Shown here piece by piece: positions 39,556 through 48,683 of a stretch of DNA of 64,000 nt. Under the pieces are notes generated by a model. It was not told the origin of the DNA, searched no databases, and saw only the letters and a program-made list of their open reading frames with translations. Each line of letters starts with the position of its first letter. The stretch's first letter is position 1. Made by a program: the position numbers and the translations under genes. The stretch comes from a virus. The stretch spans positions 1 to 64,000 of the IMG/VR virus record IMGVR_UViG_3300037466_003065; one strand, given 5' to 3'.

Positions 39556-40881
39556 ATGGCAGCGATTAAAGGCCAGGGGCTTTCTTATTTCCCCCTCTAC
39601 TGGTGCCACCATGACCAGTGGATGTTCTATGTCCCGAATCCCTTCGGTAACCTGAACTACCACCACCACGGCCACACGCACTTCTTCATGCTGGGCCTGG
39701 ACTTCAACGCCCCGGGCGCCGACGCCTTCTCCGGACACCAGACGTACGACTTCCGCCTCGATGACATCTGGGGCCCGCGGAGCGGCGATCCGAACCAGGC
39801 CGAGCCGTACCGCGTGATCGGCACCCCGAAGTGGAAGTTCCACATCCAGGAGGTGTGGCGGCGGGTGTACGTGCAGCCGTGGGATCTGAAGGTGGGCAAC
39901 GCCTCCAGCTTCCTACAGCAGCGTGGCGTAAAGTGGGACGCCTCGCCCGCGGACAAGATCCTCGGCCCGTTCCGCGAGACGCTGGGGTACGCCCCGGTGT
40001 ACGTGCAGAACGCCCGCACGCTCCCGCTCGAATACTTCAACCGCGAGACCAAGGGTCGCAAGGAGCGGGACAACTACGTGATGTCCAAGGCCCAGCAGAT
40101 GATCGCCGAGTGGAACGCCAGCCCGCTGGGTGCCCGCTTCCCCAAGACGTTCGACCCGCAGACCTGGAACCTCGACCACGGAAACTACGTCGACTACAAC
40201 ACGCCGCCCGGCCGCCCCTCGTTCCCCGACGCCCTGTACATCTACCCGATCATCGAGTACCAGACGGTCACCCAGCTCGACTGGGAGCGGCTGCCCGGCT
40301 ACGAGGCGGCCCACGACATCGACGCTGACAACTTCGGCGACGGCTGGACGCAGCAGATCCAGATCCCCTTCAAGAACCCGGTCACCGGCAAGTACAACAG
40401 CCCGTTCGGCCCCCAGCCCGGCGTCTGCAAGCCGGTCGGGGAATACTTCGGGGTCAAGACCAACGGCGACCCGCTCGTCCCGCTGGCCAGCCGGCCGAAG
40501 CATCGAAAGCGAAACGGGCCGCCGCCCGACCCCGACCACGTCCCGCCCTACTACCCGGAAGGGAACGACTTCCACTGCGAGCCGTTCAGCCTGCCCGCCT
40601 TCGACCCCGCCGACCCGGCATGGCAGGGTGTGGACGGCGGGCCGGTCACCGGAGACACGCGGGACAACCTCTCGGAGCAGCCCGTCACGTTCCACGATCC
40701 GCACGGCGTGAACGACGGGAAATGGGTTCAGCAGTGCCTCGGCGGCATCGTGCAGGCCCAGGCGATCGTCACGATCGAGCACAAGCTGGGCGGCCGGCGG
40801 GACGTGGTGGTTTCGGCTACGCAGTACCTGCCCACGACGGCTTTCGAAGGCGCCGACCAACTCATGCCGGCAAACCCGTAG
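39556..40881 (+). CDS. Hypothetical Pro/aromatic-rich protein with His-rich N-terminus, 441 aa
   Basis: Long ORF with phage codon usage. CHHDQW...YHHHGHTHFF near the N-terminus. Confidence 0.75.
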   Translation: MAAIKGQGLSYFPLYWCHHDQWMFYVPNPFGNLNYHHHGHTHFFMLGLDFNAPGADAFSGHQTYDFRLDDIWGPRSGDPNQAEPYRVIGTPKWKFHIQEVWRRVYVQPWDLKVGNASSFLQQRGVKWDASPADKILGPFRETLGYAPVYVQNARTLPLEYFNRETKGRKERDNYVMSKAQQMIAEWNASPLGARFPKTFDPQTWNLDHGNYVDYNTPPGRPSFPDALYIYPIIEYQTVTQLDWERLPGYEAAHDIDADNFGDGWTQQIQIPFKNPVTGKYNSPFGPQPGVCKPVGEYFGVKTNGDPLVPLASRPKHRKRNGPPPDPDHVPPYYPEGNDFHCEPFSLPAFDPADPAWQGVDGGPVTGDTRDNLSEQPVTFHDPHGVNDGKWVQQCLGGIVQAQAIVTIEHKLGGRRDVVVSATQYLPTTAFEGADQLMPANP

Positions 40882-40905
40882 GTCGATTGAAGGAAGGGAG
40901 TACCC

Positions 40906-41379
40906 ATGATTCGAATCGGATCCCCAGTCACGCAGACGAACCAAGACCTGACCGTCTCGTCGGTGGTTCTCGCAACGGTGGCCGCCCCGGCAACGGGCAC
41001 CATGCGGTACCTCGTCCGCGCGGTGCTCTCCAACCTTCCCTCCAACTACAGCCTCCTGATCACGGAGGGGTACGCCGCCGGCACCTACGTGAACCCGCCG
41101 CTGATCGGCGGTGGCGGGATCCGCCTGGTGCAGATCGAGGTCGTGCTGACGGCGGGGGACGCCAGCGTCCCGATTACGATCATCGACCAGGACGGCGCGG
41201 CGAACGCCGTCTCGTGGACGGTCGAGGTGTTCACGGACGACTCCTCGGCGTCCAACGTGCCCGCCGACCTGGGCGCCCGCCTCGACACGATCGACAAGCG
41301 GCTGTTCGCCACCATGATGCGTTCGTACGGCGTCTCCTCGAAGGCCGACCTGATCGCAATTGCCAACCTGCTGCCCTAA
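40906..41379 (+). CDS. Hypothetical beta-rich protein, 157 aa
   Basis: SD AAGGAAGGGAG. Its TAA overlaps the next ATG. Confidence 0.7.
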   Translation: MIRIGSPVTQTNQDLTVSSVVLATVAAPATGTMRYLVRAVLSNLPSNYSLLITEGYAAGTYVNPPLIGGGGIRLVQIEVVLTAGDASVPITIIDQDGAANAVSWTVEVFTDDSSASNVPADLGARLDTIDKRLFATMMRSYGVSSKADLIAIANLLP

Positions 41380-42029
41380 TGCCGACCCCTCCGGACAACT
41401 GGATGGACACGCTGGGGGACGGGGTCAAGGTCTTCGTCCTCGACGCCGGCCTGATCGCCACCCCCTTCGTGTCGCCGGCCGAGGTCAAGACGTTCACGGC
41501 GACCGACACCACCGACCTCCGCGGGCACGGCACCCGGATGGCCGAGATCATCGCGTCGCGAGACCCCGGCGACTTGGGCATCGCCCCGGAGTGCGACCTG
41601 TACATCGCCAAGGTCGTTGAGGTCGGGCAGGGTACGTCGCCGATCGTCCGGGCCCTGCGGTGGGCCAAGAACGCCGGCGCCCAGGTCGTCTCCATGTCGT
41701 TCGCCTACCGAACGCCCGACCCCGACGTCGACCAAGCCCTCGCCGAGCTGGATGCCGCCGGCTGCATCTGCCTTGCCGCCTACAACGCCGCCCTGCCGTA
41801 TCCGGCCGCCTGCGAACACGTCGTCTCGTGCGGCACGCTGGAGAGCGATGCGGACGCCGACGCGCTCACGGTCGGCGAGGTGACGAAAAGAACCCCGGCT
41901 GGGCCGCTCAGGCCCTACCGGGGTTCCTCCATCTCCACCGCCGTCCTTGCCGGGATCGCGGCCTGCGCCAAGTCGTTTCAGCCGTCGCTCACGCGGTCGC
42001 AGTTCCTCGCCGCCCTAGCCGCAGGCTGA
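41379..42029 (+). CDS. Minimal subtilisin-like (S8) serine peptidase, 216 aa (true start 41379, buried in track ORF 40620)
   Basis: TAATG coupling. Catalytic triad motifs VFVLDAG (D22), GHGTRMAEII (H50) and RGSSISTAVLAG (S184), plus GIAPECDLYIAKV, VVSMSF and AAYN...YPAA. Confidence 0.88.
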   Translation: MPTPPDNWMDTLGDGVKVFVLDAGLIATPFVSPAEVKTFTATDTTDLRGHGTRMAEIIASRDPGDLGIAPECDLYIAKVVEVGQGTSPIVRALRWAKNAGAQVVSMSFAYRTPDPDVDQALAELDAAGCICLAAYNAALPYPAACEHVVSCGTLESDADADALTVGEVTKRTPAGPLRPYRGSSISTAVLAGIAACAKSFQPSLTRSQFLAALAAG

Positions 42030-42864
42030 CGCTCTGCTCGAGCTCGGCCCGCATGTCGGGGTCGTCGGTGAACCGCACCTTGAGCTGGTTGAGGATGCTG
42101 CTGTGCATCTGGCTGACGCGGGACTCGGACAGGTCGAGGGCGGCGCCGATCTCCTTCATGGTCAGGTTCTCGCAGTAGTACAGCGAGACGATCATCCGCT
42201 CGGCGCGGTTACTGCCCCGCAGGATCCGATCCCAGAAGTCTCGCTGCATGACCCGCTCGAGGGAGCGGGGCGCCTGCTTGTCCTCCAGGACGTCGATCTC
42301 GCGGACGTCCTTGTTGGAGTCGGTCTCGAACCACTTGCGGGAGAGGGACACCTTGCCGGTCACGAGGGCGTCGCGGGCCATCCGCTCGGCCTCCTTCACC
42401 GGCACCTGCATGTGCCTGGACAGCTCCTCGATCGTCGGCACCTGGCCGCTCTCGGCCTCGAGCGCCTTGACCGCCGCGTCGACCTTGGCCGCCCGGGCGC
42501 GGACGAGGCGGGGAACCCAGTCCATGTTCCGCAGCTCGTCGAGGATCGAGCCGCGGATCCGCGGGGCACAGTAGGTCTCGAACTTCACCCCGCGGGTCGG
42601 GTCGTACGCGTCGATCGCGTCCATCAGGCCGAACAGGCCGGCCGAGACCAGGTCGTCCAGCTCCACCTCGCTGGGCAGCTTGACGTGGATCCGCTCGGCG
42701 TTGTAGCGAACGATCGGCAGGTAGTTCTCCATCAGGCGATTGCGAAGGTGGCCGGTGGGCACCCGCTTGTAGGTGGCCCACTCCTCCTTCATGCACTTCA
42801 CCACCCTTGAGGCCCCCAGGCCGATCGCCCGGGCCGGGGGTCGCTTGATTGTGTTCGAAACCAT
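41989..42864 (-). CDS. fliA: FliA/WhiG-family (sigma-28) RNA polymerase sigma factor, 291 aa
   Basis: SD AAGGAG. Region 2 (VELDDLVSAGLFGLMDAIDAYDPTRGVKFETYCAPRIRGSILDELRNMDWVPR), region 3, and region 4 HTH (YYCENLTMKEIGAALDLSESRVSQMHS). Confidence 0.95.
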   Translation of the reverse strand: MVSNTIKRPPARAIGLGASRVVKCMKEEWATYKRVPTGHLRNRLMENYLPIVRYNAERIHVKLPSEVELDDLVSAGLFGLMDAIDAYDPTRGVKFETYCAPRIRGSILDELRNMDWVPRLVRARAAKVDAAVKALEAESGQVPTIEELSRHMQVPVKEAERMARDALVTGKVSLSRKWFETDSNKDVREIDVLEDKQAPRSLERVMQRDFWDRILRGSNRAERMIVSLYYCENLTMKEIGAALDLSESRVSQMHSSILNQLKVRFTDDPDMRAELEQSVSLRLGRRGTATA

Positions 42865-42889
42865 GGTGCTCCTTGAAGGGTCGCTTCCC

Positions 42890-43405
42890 TTACAGGTTGT
42901 TGTCCCAGAGGCCGGTTAGATTCATTTCTTTCATCAGCTCGATCCACCGTGCTGTGGGCGTTTGTTGTCGCCCCATGTTGGCCCATGAGCAGCACAGCAC
43001 GATGTTGTCAAGTACGTACCCCTTTGAGCAGTCGAGCCGGTCTACACTCACCGACTTCGGGTTGGCCCACCGCCCGTGGACGAGCGACATATCCATCCCG
43101 CTCCAGTAGCACTTGCCTGCCTGAGACTCCCAAAGGTGCCGCAGGTCGCCCTGCTTGATGGTGAAGGGCCACCCTCTTTTGCGGCACGTCTTCTTGATGT
43201 TCTTGCAGGTAGTCGCGAAGGGGTGCTTCTCGTGGTACTCCTTCGAGTAATCCCGGTAGTGCTTAGGCTTGTTTTGGCGGCAACGCTTGCCCGCCTCCGA
43301 AGTGCAGGCACGACACCATGAGGCCCGACCCAGCTTTGCTTTCTTATTGAGTGCAAAGAGGATCAGCTCCTTGTCGTGCCCACACTTCGGACACCTCTTC
43401 TTCAC
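42890..43405 (-). CDS. HNH-type (His-Me finger) endonuclease with N-terminal Zn ribbon, 171 aa
   Basis: CPKCG...WCRAC and CYWSG...SVDRLDCSKGYVLDNIVLCCSWANMG. GTGA overlap with the thyX stop. Lower GC. Confidence 0.85.
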   Translation of the reverse strand: MKKRCPKCGHDKELILFALNKKAKLGRASWCRACTSEAGKRCRQNKPKHYRDYSKEYHEKHPFATTCKNIKKTCRKRGWPFTIKQGDLRHLWESQAGKCYWSGMDMSLVHGRWANPKSVSVDRLDCSKGYVLDNIVLCCSWANMGRQQTPTARWIELMKEMNLTGLWDNNL

Positions 43406-44256
43406 AGGCCATTCTCCTGTTCGTATCGCTCGAGAAGGGCCTTGAGGTCACAGCGTCGGCGTTCGCCAGGAAAATGCTTACGGTAGGATTTCCAACCGAT
43501 GAAGTTCCCCGAGCGGCCCGGTTCGGCGACCGCGGGGTGCTCGAACGGCGACCAGTGGCCATCGGTAGCCAGGTCGTCGTGCATCGCGTAGTCCTTCTCC
43601 ACACTGATCTCCCCCTCGTGGTTGAGGTAGGAGACGCGGGCGCACCGGGCGGCGGACACCTTGCGGATCTGCTCGACGGTCAGGCCGGCGGGCATGCGAT
43701 CCATGTAGGGCAGGTGCCAGTCGCCCCAGTAGAGCTGCTTGGGGTCGGACGCGACGTACGCCTTGAGGGCGAGGTAGGCCAGCCACTGGAACTCGGGCTG
43801 GGCCGCCCTGTGCACGCGGAGGGCGAAGAAGTTCTCCCACTCCGTCGCCGACACGAGGACGGTCATCCACGCGAACGGCTCGAGGACGCGGTTGGCGATC
43901 TGCTTGTGACAGCCGATGTTTTCCAGCGTCGTCGCGTACTCGGCAGCCACCCTTGACGCGGTGAACCAGTCCGCCTGGGCCATCGCCGTCCGATGGTCGT
44001 CGAGCACGCCGTGATCTTGCATGCCCTTGCCGTTCGAGCCCCAACGGATCGGGCCGGCCGGGTTTTCCCGCACAGCCTTGATCATCTTCGCGATGGGGAT
44101 CGCGCGGCTGCTGGCGGCGTTACGGGAGAAGTCCCGGTGGGTCATCAGTTCGCTGTGAATGAAGCGGGGGTACTTCAGCTCCATCGTCGTCAGGCGGTTA
44201 CCGTCCGGGTTGACGGAGTCCGCGATGACCCTCGCGCTGAACAGTTCCTTCTTCAC
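43402..44256 (-). CDS. thyX: FAD-dependent thymidylate synthase (ThyX-like), 284 aa (start corrected to GTG 44256)
   Basis: SD GGAGGT with GTGA overlap. YPRFIHSELMTHRDFSRNAASSRAIP, HKQIANRVLEPF, SAARCARVSYL and HWSPFEH motifs. Confidence 0.85.
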   Translation of the reverse strand: MKKELFSARVIADSVNPDGNRLTTMELKYPRFIHSELMTHRDFSRNAASSRAIPIAKMIKAVRENPAGPIRWGSNGKGMQDHGVLDDHRTAMAQADWFTASRVAAEYATTLENIGCHKQIANRVLEPFAWMTVLVSATEWENFFALRVHRAAQPEFQWLAYLALKAYVASDPKQLYWGDWHLPYMDRMPAGLTVEQIRKVSAARCARVSYLNHEGEISVEKDYAMHDDLATDGHWSPFEHPAVAEPGRSGNFIGWKSYRKHFPGERRRCDLKALLERYEQENGL

Positions 44257-45446
44257 GCCGTCACCTCCGTCATCTTCCGCACCGACCACTCGCGGATGTC
44301 GTTGGTCACCACCGCCCACATCCCGTGGTCGCGGCGGATCCCCAGGAACGCCTTGAACAGCGACTCCATGGCCTTGGTGAGGTTGGCGAGGGAGGCGATG
44401 CGGGCGTCGATCACGGCCCGCTCGGTCTCCGCGTTGTCGACGGCCGGGAGCCGCACGCCGCTGTACTTGAACAGCTCGGGGTCGAACGTGAACTCGAACT
44501 GCTCGCCGTCGACGTGGACGGCCAGGTACGCCTTGCGGGGCACCTTGCCGCGGGTCAGGGCCTGGCGGGCCTCCGGCGACTTGGACGGGCCGGCGCCGCG
44601 GGCCGCGGTGCGACCGCCCTGGCCGTACGAGCACTCCAGCTCCAGCACCTTGTCGAACATGAAGGTGAGCTCGGTCTTGCGGCCGCCCGGCAGGTTGATC
44701 TTGACCTCGCCGTCGTGCGCGTCGGCGACGTACCAGAGCCAGACGAGGAACTCGTTCCCGAGGAACGCCTTGGGGTACGCGTTGCGGGCGACCCACGGGT
44801 ACTCGGGGCTGGTCTTCTCGTCGCCGGACGGGTTGTCGGCGAACGCGGTCGGGCGCAGGTCTTCGTACGTCGTGGTCGGCAGGTACGCCTGGGCGATCGA
44901 GCTGGCGTTGACGGGCTGCAGCTCGGCCTTGGTCGTCCGCTCGAAGATCTCGGCCAGCTTCTCGAACGTGGCGCCGGAGGCCGGGGAGTAGAGCGAGCCG
45001 TTGGCCAGATCCCAGAGCACCTCGGTGATCTTGCTCCGGCGGTGCTTGCCCGTCCGAAGGTCCTCGTCGGCCTTCCGCTCGACGGTCTCCCTGACCTCCT
45101 TCTTCTGCAGCTTCGAGAGGAAGCCGCTCGGATTCTGCTTGGCGAGGATCTCGGACTCGATCTCCTTCCACGCCTTCTTCAGCTCCGTGGGCACCTTGTT
45201 GCGGTCGACCTGGAGGCCGAACAGCATCGCCTCGTTGAAGACGTTGCTGCCGAACGTGAACTCCTTGTCGAGGACGTGGCGGCCGCCGCCCCACCCGTAC
45301 TCGATCTCCTCGACCCCGCCGCCCAGCTCGGCCGGCTGCAGGACGTGCTCGTGGAACTGGGCGACCAGTTCCTCGGTCGGCGTGGCGGGCACCGTGCCCA
45401 GCGTCGTGTACCGACGAAACGCAATTGACCCTGTCTTGAAACCCAT
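44253..45446 (-). CDS. rdgC: RdgC-like recombination-associated protein, 397 aa (start corrected to ATG 45446)
   Basis: SD AAGGAG. MGFKTGSIAFRRY...YGW...LQVDRNKVP...LSKLQKKEVRE...VLWD...FLGNEFLVWLWY is the RdgC-like layout. Confidence 0.65.
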   Translation of the reverse strand: MGFKTGSIAFRRYTTLGTVPATPTEELVAQFHEHVLQPAELGGGVEEIEYGWGGGRHVLDKEFTFGSNVFNEAMLFGLQVDRNKVPTELKKAWKEIESEILAKQNPSGFLSKLQKKEVRETVERKADEDLRTGKHRRSKITEVLWDLANGSLYSPASGATFEKLAEIFERTTKAELQPVNASSIAQAYLPTTTYEDLRPTAFADNPSGDEKTSPEYPWVARNAYPKAFLGNEFLVWLWYVADAHDGEVKINLPGGRKTELTFMFDKVLELECSYGQGGRTAARGAGPSKSPEARQALTRGKVPRKAYLAVHVDGEQFEFTFDPELFKYSGVRLPAVDNAETERAVIDARIASLANLTKAMESLFKAFLGIRRDHGMWAVVTNDIREWSVRKMTEVTA

Positions 45447-45469
45447 GCGTGATGCTCCTTGAAATGGGG

Positions 45470-45961
45470 TTAGTGGTTGATGATGACGTCGAGCGCGAGC
45501 TCGGCGGGAATGACGTTGTCGAAGCCCTCGTCGTCGATGACGGGCTGCCACAGCTTCTCGTGGGCCCGGGCGACGCCCAGCCAGTAGTCGAAGTCCTTCC
45601 CGCGGGCGTCGCTGGTCGTGCGGCGGCCGGCGTGTATCTCCGGCTTCTCGCGGGGGAACTCGACGGCGATCGCGGGGACGTCGATCGACCGGGCCAGCTC
45701 GACGTAGCGGCGGCGGGTCGACCGGCAGTGGAGCGGGCGGTCGACGACGACGTCGAAGCCGGTGGCCAGGCCGGGCAGGAGGACGGCGTTCTCCACGCCC
45801 TTGTAGATGTGCTTGGCCCGCTCCTCGTACAGGCCGTACTGGCCGGCGTGCAGCGAGAGGACGAAGTCGTCGTCGTTGATGATCAGGGCCCCGTTCTGGG
45901 CGAGCTGCCGGGCGAGTGTGGACTTCCCGGAGGCGATGGGGCCGACGAGTAAGATGAGCAT
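45470..45961 (-). CDS. P-loop kinase (AAA_33 / polynucleotide-kinase-like), 163 aa
   Basis: Walker A GPIASGKS, then IINDD, VVVD and R-x3-R lid motifs. Confidence 0.8.
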   Translation of the reverse strand: MLILLVGPIASGKSTLARQLAQNGALIINDDDFVLSLHAGQYGLYEERAKHIYKGVENAVLLPGLATGFDVVVDRPLHCRSTRRRYVELARSIDVPAIAVEFPREKPEIHAGRRTTSDARGKDFDYWLGVARAHEKLWQPVIDDEGFDNVIPAELALDVIINH

Positions 45962-45978
45962 GTGGTTACGTCTTTCCT

Positions 45979-46293
45979 TTAGGTCGGGAGGCGTTGGGTG
46001 CCGGACAGCATGGCCTTGGCCCGCATCTGGCGGGCGATGGAGACCGCGTTCACGACGCCGGTGTTGTGCTGGTTCAGTGTGTCGGCCTCGACGGCGCGGA
46101 TGTACCCCTCGAGCGCGTGCGTGGCGTACTGATCCTTCATGTTGAGGACGAAGAACTGTTCGTCGGGGGCGTGCTTCGCGGCCTTCTCGGCCGCGATCTT
46201 GCCGATCAGCTCGGCGAGCTGGCTCCGCTCCTGCGGGGTCAGGTACCGGCTCAAGTCCGACGCCTTGATCACGGTGTACTTGCTACTGGACAT
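45979..46293 (-). CDS. Small hypothetical protein (KYxVIK...FVLNxKDxYA pattern), 104 aa
   Basis: SD AGGAG. Overlaps the recD2 stop. Confidence 0.7.
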   Translation of the reverse strand: MSSSKYTVIKASDLSRYLTPQERSQLAELIGKIAAEKAAKHAPDEQFFVLNMKDQYATHALEGYIRAVEADTLNQHNTGVVNAVSIARQMRAKAMLSGTQRLPT

Positions 46294-48589
46294 TGGTGAT
46301 GGCTCCTGTCTGGGTGAGTGCCTTGTGGGCCTCGCGGAGCTTCTCGGCGAGGCGGGTGTTCCGTTGGGCGACCTTGTTGTTGCGGATCGCCATCTCGAGC
46401 GCGTTGGGGTGTGCGATCAGGTGGGCGTGCCTCTTGCCGCGGGTCAGGCCGGTGTAGACCAGGTTCCGCTGCAGGAGCGTGAAGTGGCTCGTGTGCAGTA
46501 CCATGATCAGGAGCGGCGCCTCGGAGCCCTGCACCTTGTGGATCGTGCTGGCGTACGCGAGGATCAGGTTCGACCACTCGTCACCGTTCTCGAACTTGAC
46601 GATGCGGCCGTCGAAGTCGACGTGGATGCCGGACAAGTCCTTGCCGTTGATCCCGAACTCGATGTCGGTGATCACGCCCATGTCGCCGTTCGACAGGTTC
46701 AGCTTGAGGCTGTTGGCCGTGTGCATGACCTTGTCGCCGACGCCCCACCGGATGCCGGGGCCCCGCATGACCGACTTGGGCGGGTTCGGGTTCAGGGCCT
46801 CCTGCAACTTCGCGTTCAGCATGTCGACGCCGCACGCGTTCTTCCGCTGGGGGCTGAGCACCATCACGTCGCGGATCGGGTCGAACCCCAGCCGCTGGGC
46901 CATGAACGTCGCCGCCCAGACGGCCATCTGCGTCTGCTGCTCGGCGTCGGTGATCAGGGACGCGAACATGTCCGTGCCCTGCGGGATGCCGGTCTGCCGG
47001 CTCAGGATGTTCAGCTTGGGCATCTCGCCGCGGTTGATCGCGTGGGCGGCGACGCAGATGTCGCTCCCCTGTGCCTGGCGGAAGATGTGGGTCAGGACGG
47101 TCGTGCCGACCACGCCGGACGCGATCAGGTCGCGGAGCACGGCGCCGGGGCCGACGCTCGGGAGCTGGTCGCGGTCGCCGATGACGACCAGGATCGTCTC
47201 GTCGGTGCAGAACCGGAGGAACCAGTCCATCAGCTTGATGTCGACCATCGACGACTCGTCGAGGAACACCACGCTGTGCCCGAACGTGTTGGCTCCCGGG
47301 TCGGCGTCGTACTCGACGTCGTTCGCGGCCTCCCGCTGATCCTTGCCCAACTGGAACAGCTTGCGGTGCATCGTCGACGCTTCGAGGCCGATCACCTGCC
47401 CCATCCGCTTGGCCGCCCGCCCGGTCGGGGCGAGGAGGGTGACGCCGAGGCCCGACTTCAGCCAGCCGTTCACGACGGCCTTGGTGATCGTCGTCTTGCC
47501 GGTGCCGGGGCCGCCGGTCAGGACGGACACTCGGTTAGCCAGACAGCGGAGTACGGCCTCCATCTGGGTGGGGTGGAGCTCGACGCCGGCCGCCTTCTTG
47601 GCCGCGCCGATGATCTCGGCGATCCGGTCTCGGTCGCGGGGTGGCGTCTTCATCGAGGCCATCCGGGCGAGCCGGCGGGCGACGCGGTTCTCGCAGGCGA
47701 GGATGTCGGGCAGGTACACCCGATCCTCCTCGACGACCAGGATCTGCTTGTCGATCGCCTGCTGGACGACCTGGGTGACCATCTGGTGGGTCACCTGCGG
47801 CGTGATCGTCTGCAGGAACTCCGTGGTCAGGTTGATCAGCTCGATGCGGGGGAGGAAGCAGTGCCCCTCGTTCTGCATCTTCTCTTCGAGGATGTGCTCG
47901 CACGCCGCGCGGAGCCGGAGGTCGGACATCTCGACGACGCCCAGGTGGCGGGCGATCTCGTCGGCCTTCTTGAAGCCGATGCCGGCGATGTCGCGGGCGA
48001 GCTTGTACGGGTCGGCCTTGATCGTGTCGATCGCGGCGTCCTCGTACTTCTTGTAGATCTTGTTCAGGAAGACGGTCGAGATCCCGGCCGTCGTGCAGAA
48101 CATCAGGAGCTTGCGGTATTCCTGCTTGGCCTGCCACTCCTTCAGGATGGACTTGTACCGGTCGGCGCCGATGCCCTTGACCTCGAGCAGTCGCTCGGGG
48201 TTGTTGTCGATGACCTTGATCGTGTCCTCGCCGAACATCTCGACGATCCGGCGGGCGTTCTTCGGGCCGATGTTCTTGACGTTCTCCTCCAAGAACTTGG
48301 CGATCTCCACCGTCCCCCGCGGTTCCAGCCGCTGGATCGTGTCGATCTGGATCTGGAGGCCGAAGGACGAGTTCTTGACCTTGCCGGCGACCTTCACCCG
48401 CTCTCCCACCTTGGACTCGGCACAGGGGCCGACGATCGTGCAGATGCCCTTGCGGTTCACGAACGGCCAGTCGCCGTACTGCTTGAGATCGACCTTCAGG
48501 CGGCGGACGCCCCAGCCCGACTCGGGCTTGTCGCACGTGACCGTCTCGATCACGCCCTCGATCTCTACCATGTTTCCGGTGTTATTCAT
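46283..48589 (-). CDS. recD2: RecD2-like ATP-dependent SF1B helicase, 768 aa
   Basis: N-terminal OB/HhH region (IGPKNARRIVEMFG, VKGIG, NPY-like DPYKL...GIGFKKAD). Motifs GGPGTGKTT, LDESSM, GDRDQLPSVGPG, IFRQ, YASTIHKVQGSE and YTGLTRGK. Confidence 0.95.
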   Translation of the reverse strand: MNNTGNMVEIEGVIETVTCDKPESGWGVRRLKVDLKQYGDWPFVNRKGICTIVGPCAESKVGERVKVAGKVKNSSFGLQIQIDTIQRLEPRGTVEIAKFLEENVKNIGPKNARRIVEMFGEDTIKVIDNNPERLLEVKGIGADRYKSILKEWQAKQEYRKLLMFCTTAGISTVFLNKIYKKYEDAAIDTIKADPYKLARDIAGIGFKKADEIARHLGVVEMSDLRLRAACEHILEEKMQNEGHCFLPRIELINLTTEFLQTITPQVTHQMVTQVVQQAIDKQILVVEEDRVYLPDILACENRVARRLARMASMKTPPRDRDRIAEIIGAAKKAAGVELHPTQMEAVLRCLANRVSVLTGGPGTGKTTITKAVVNGWLKSGLGVTLLAPTGRAAKRMGQVIGLEASTMHRKLFQLGKDQREAANDVEYDADPGANTFGHSVVFLDESSMVDIKLMDWFLRFCTDETILVVIGDRDQLPSVGPGAVLRDLIASGVVGTTVLTHIFRQAQGSDICVAAHAINRGEMPKLNILSRQTGIPQGTDMFASLITDAEQQTQMAVWAATFMAQRLGFDPIRDVMVLSPQRKNACGVDMLNAKLQEALNPNPPKSVMRGPGIRWGVGDKVMHTANSLKLNLSNGDMGVITDIEFGINGKDLSGIHVDFDGRIVKFENGDEWSNLILAYASTIHKVQGSEAPLLIMVLHTSHFTLLQRNLVYTGLTRGKRHAHLIAHPNALEMAIRNNKVAQRNTRLAEKLREAHKALTQTGAITNVQ

Positions 48590-48625
48590 GCGGGGATTAC
48601 TGGGAGAGGCCCAGTTGTGCAGTGG

Positions 48626-48654
48626 AGTGTAATCCCTTGGGGATTATTTCGCAA
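48626..48654 (-). promoter_or_regulatory. Sigma-70 promoter TTGCGA-N17-TACACT for the recD2...fliA operon
   Basis: On the minus strand: TTGCGA at 48654-48649, a 17-nt spacer, TACACT at 48631-48626, about 36 nt before the ATG. Confidence 0.75.
48629..48647. promoter_or_regulatory. Palindromic operator copy GTAATC-N7-GATTAT
   Basis: Fills the spacer of the recD2 promoter and overlaps its -10. An extra half-site GATTAC lies at 48595-48600. Confidence 0.7.
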
Positions 48655-48683
48655 GGGATGGGAAAGAAAATTTTGTATTCCCC

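Noticed and set aside
33790-41379. Diversity-generating retroelement or invertible tail-fibre cassette
   Set aside because: No reverse transcriptase, invertase, A-variable repeat pair or flanking inverted repeats were seen in the window.
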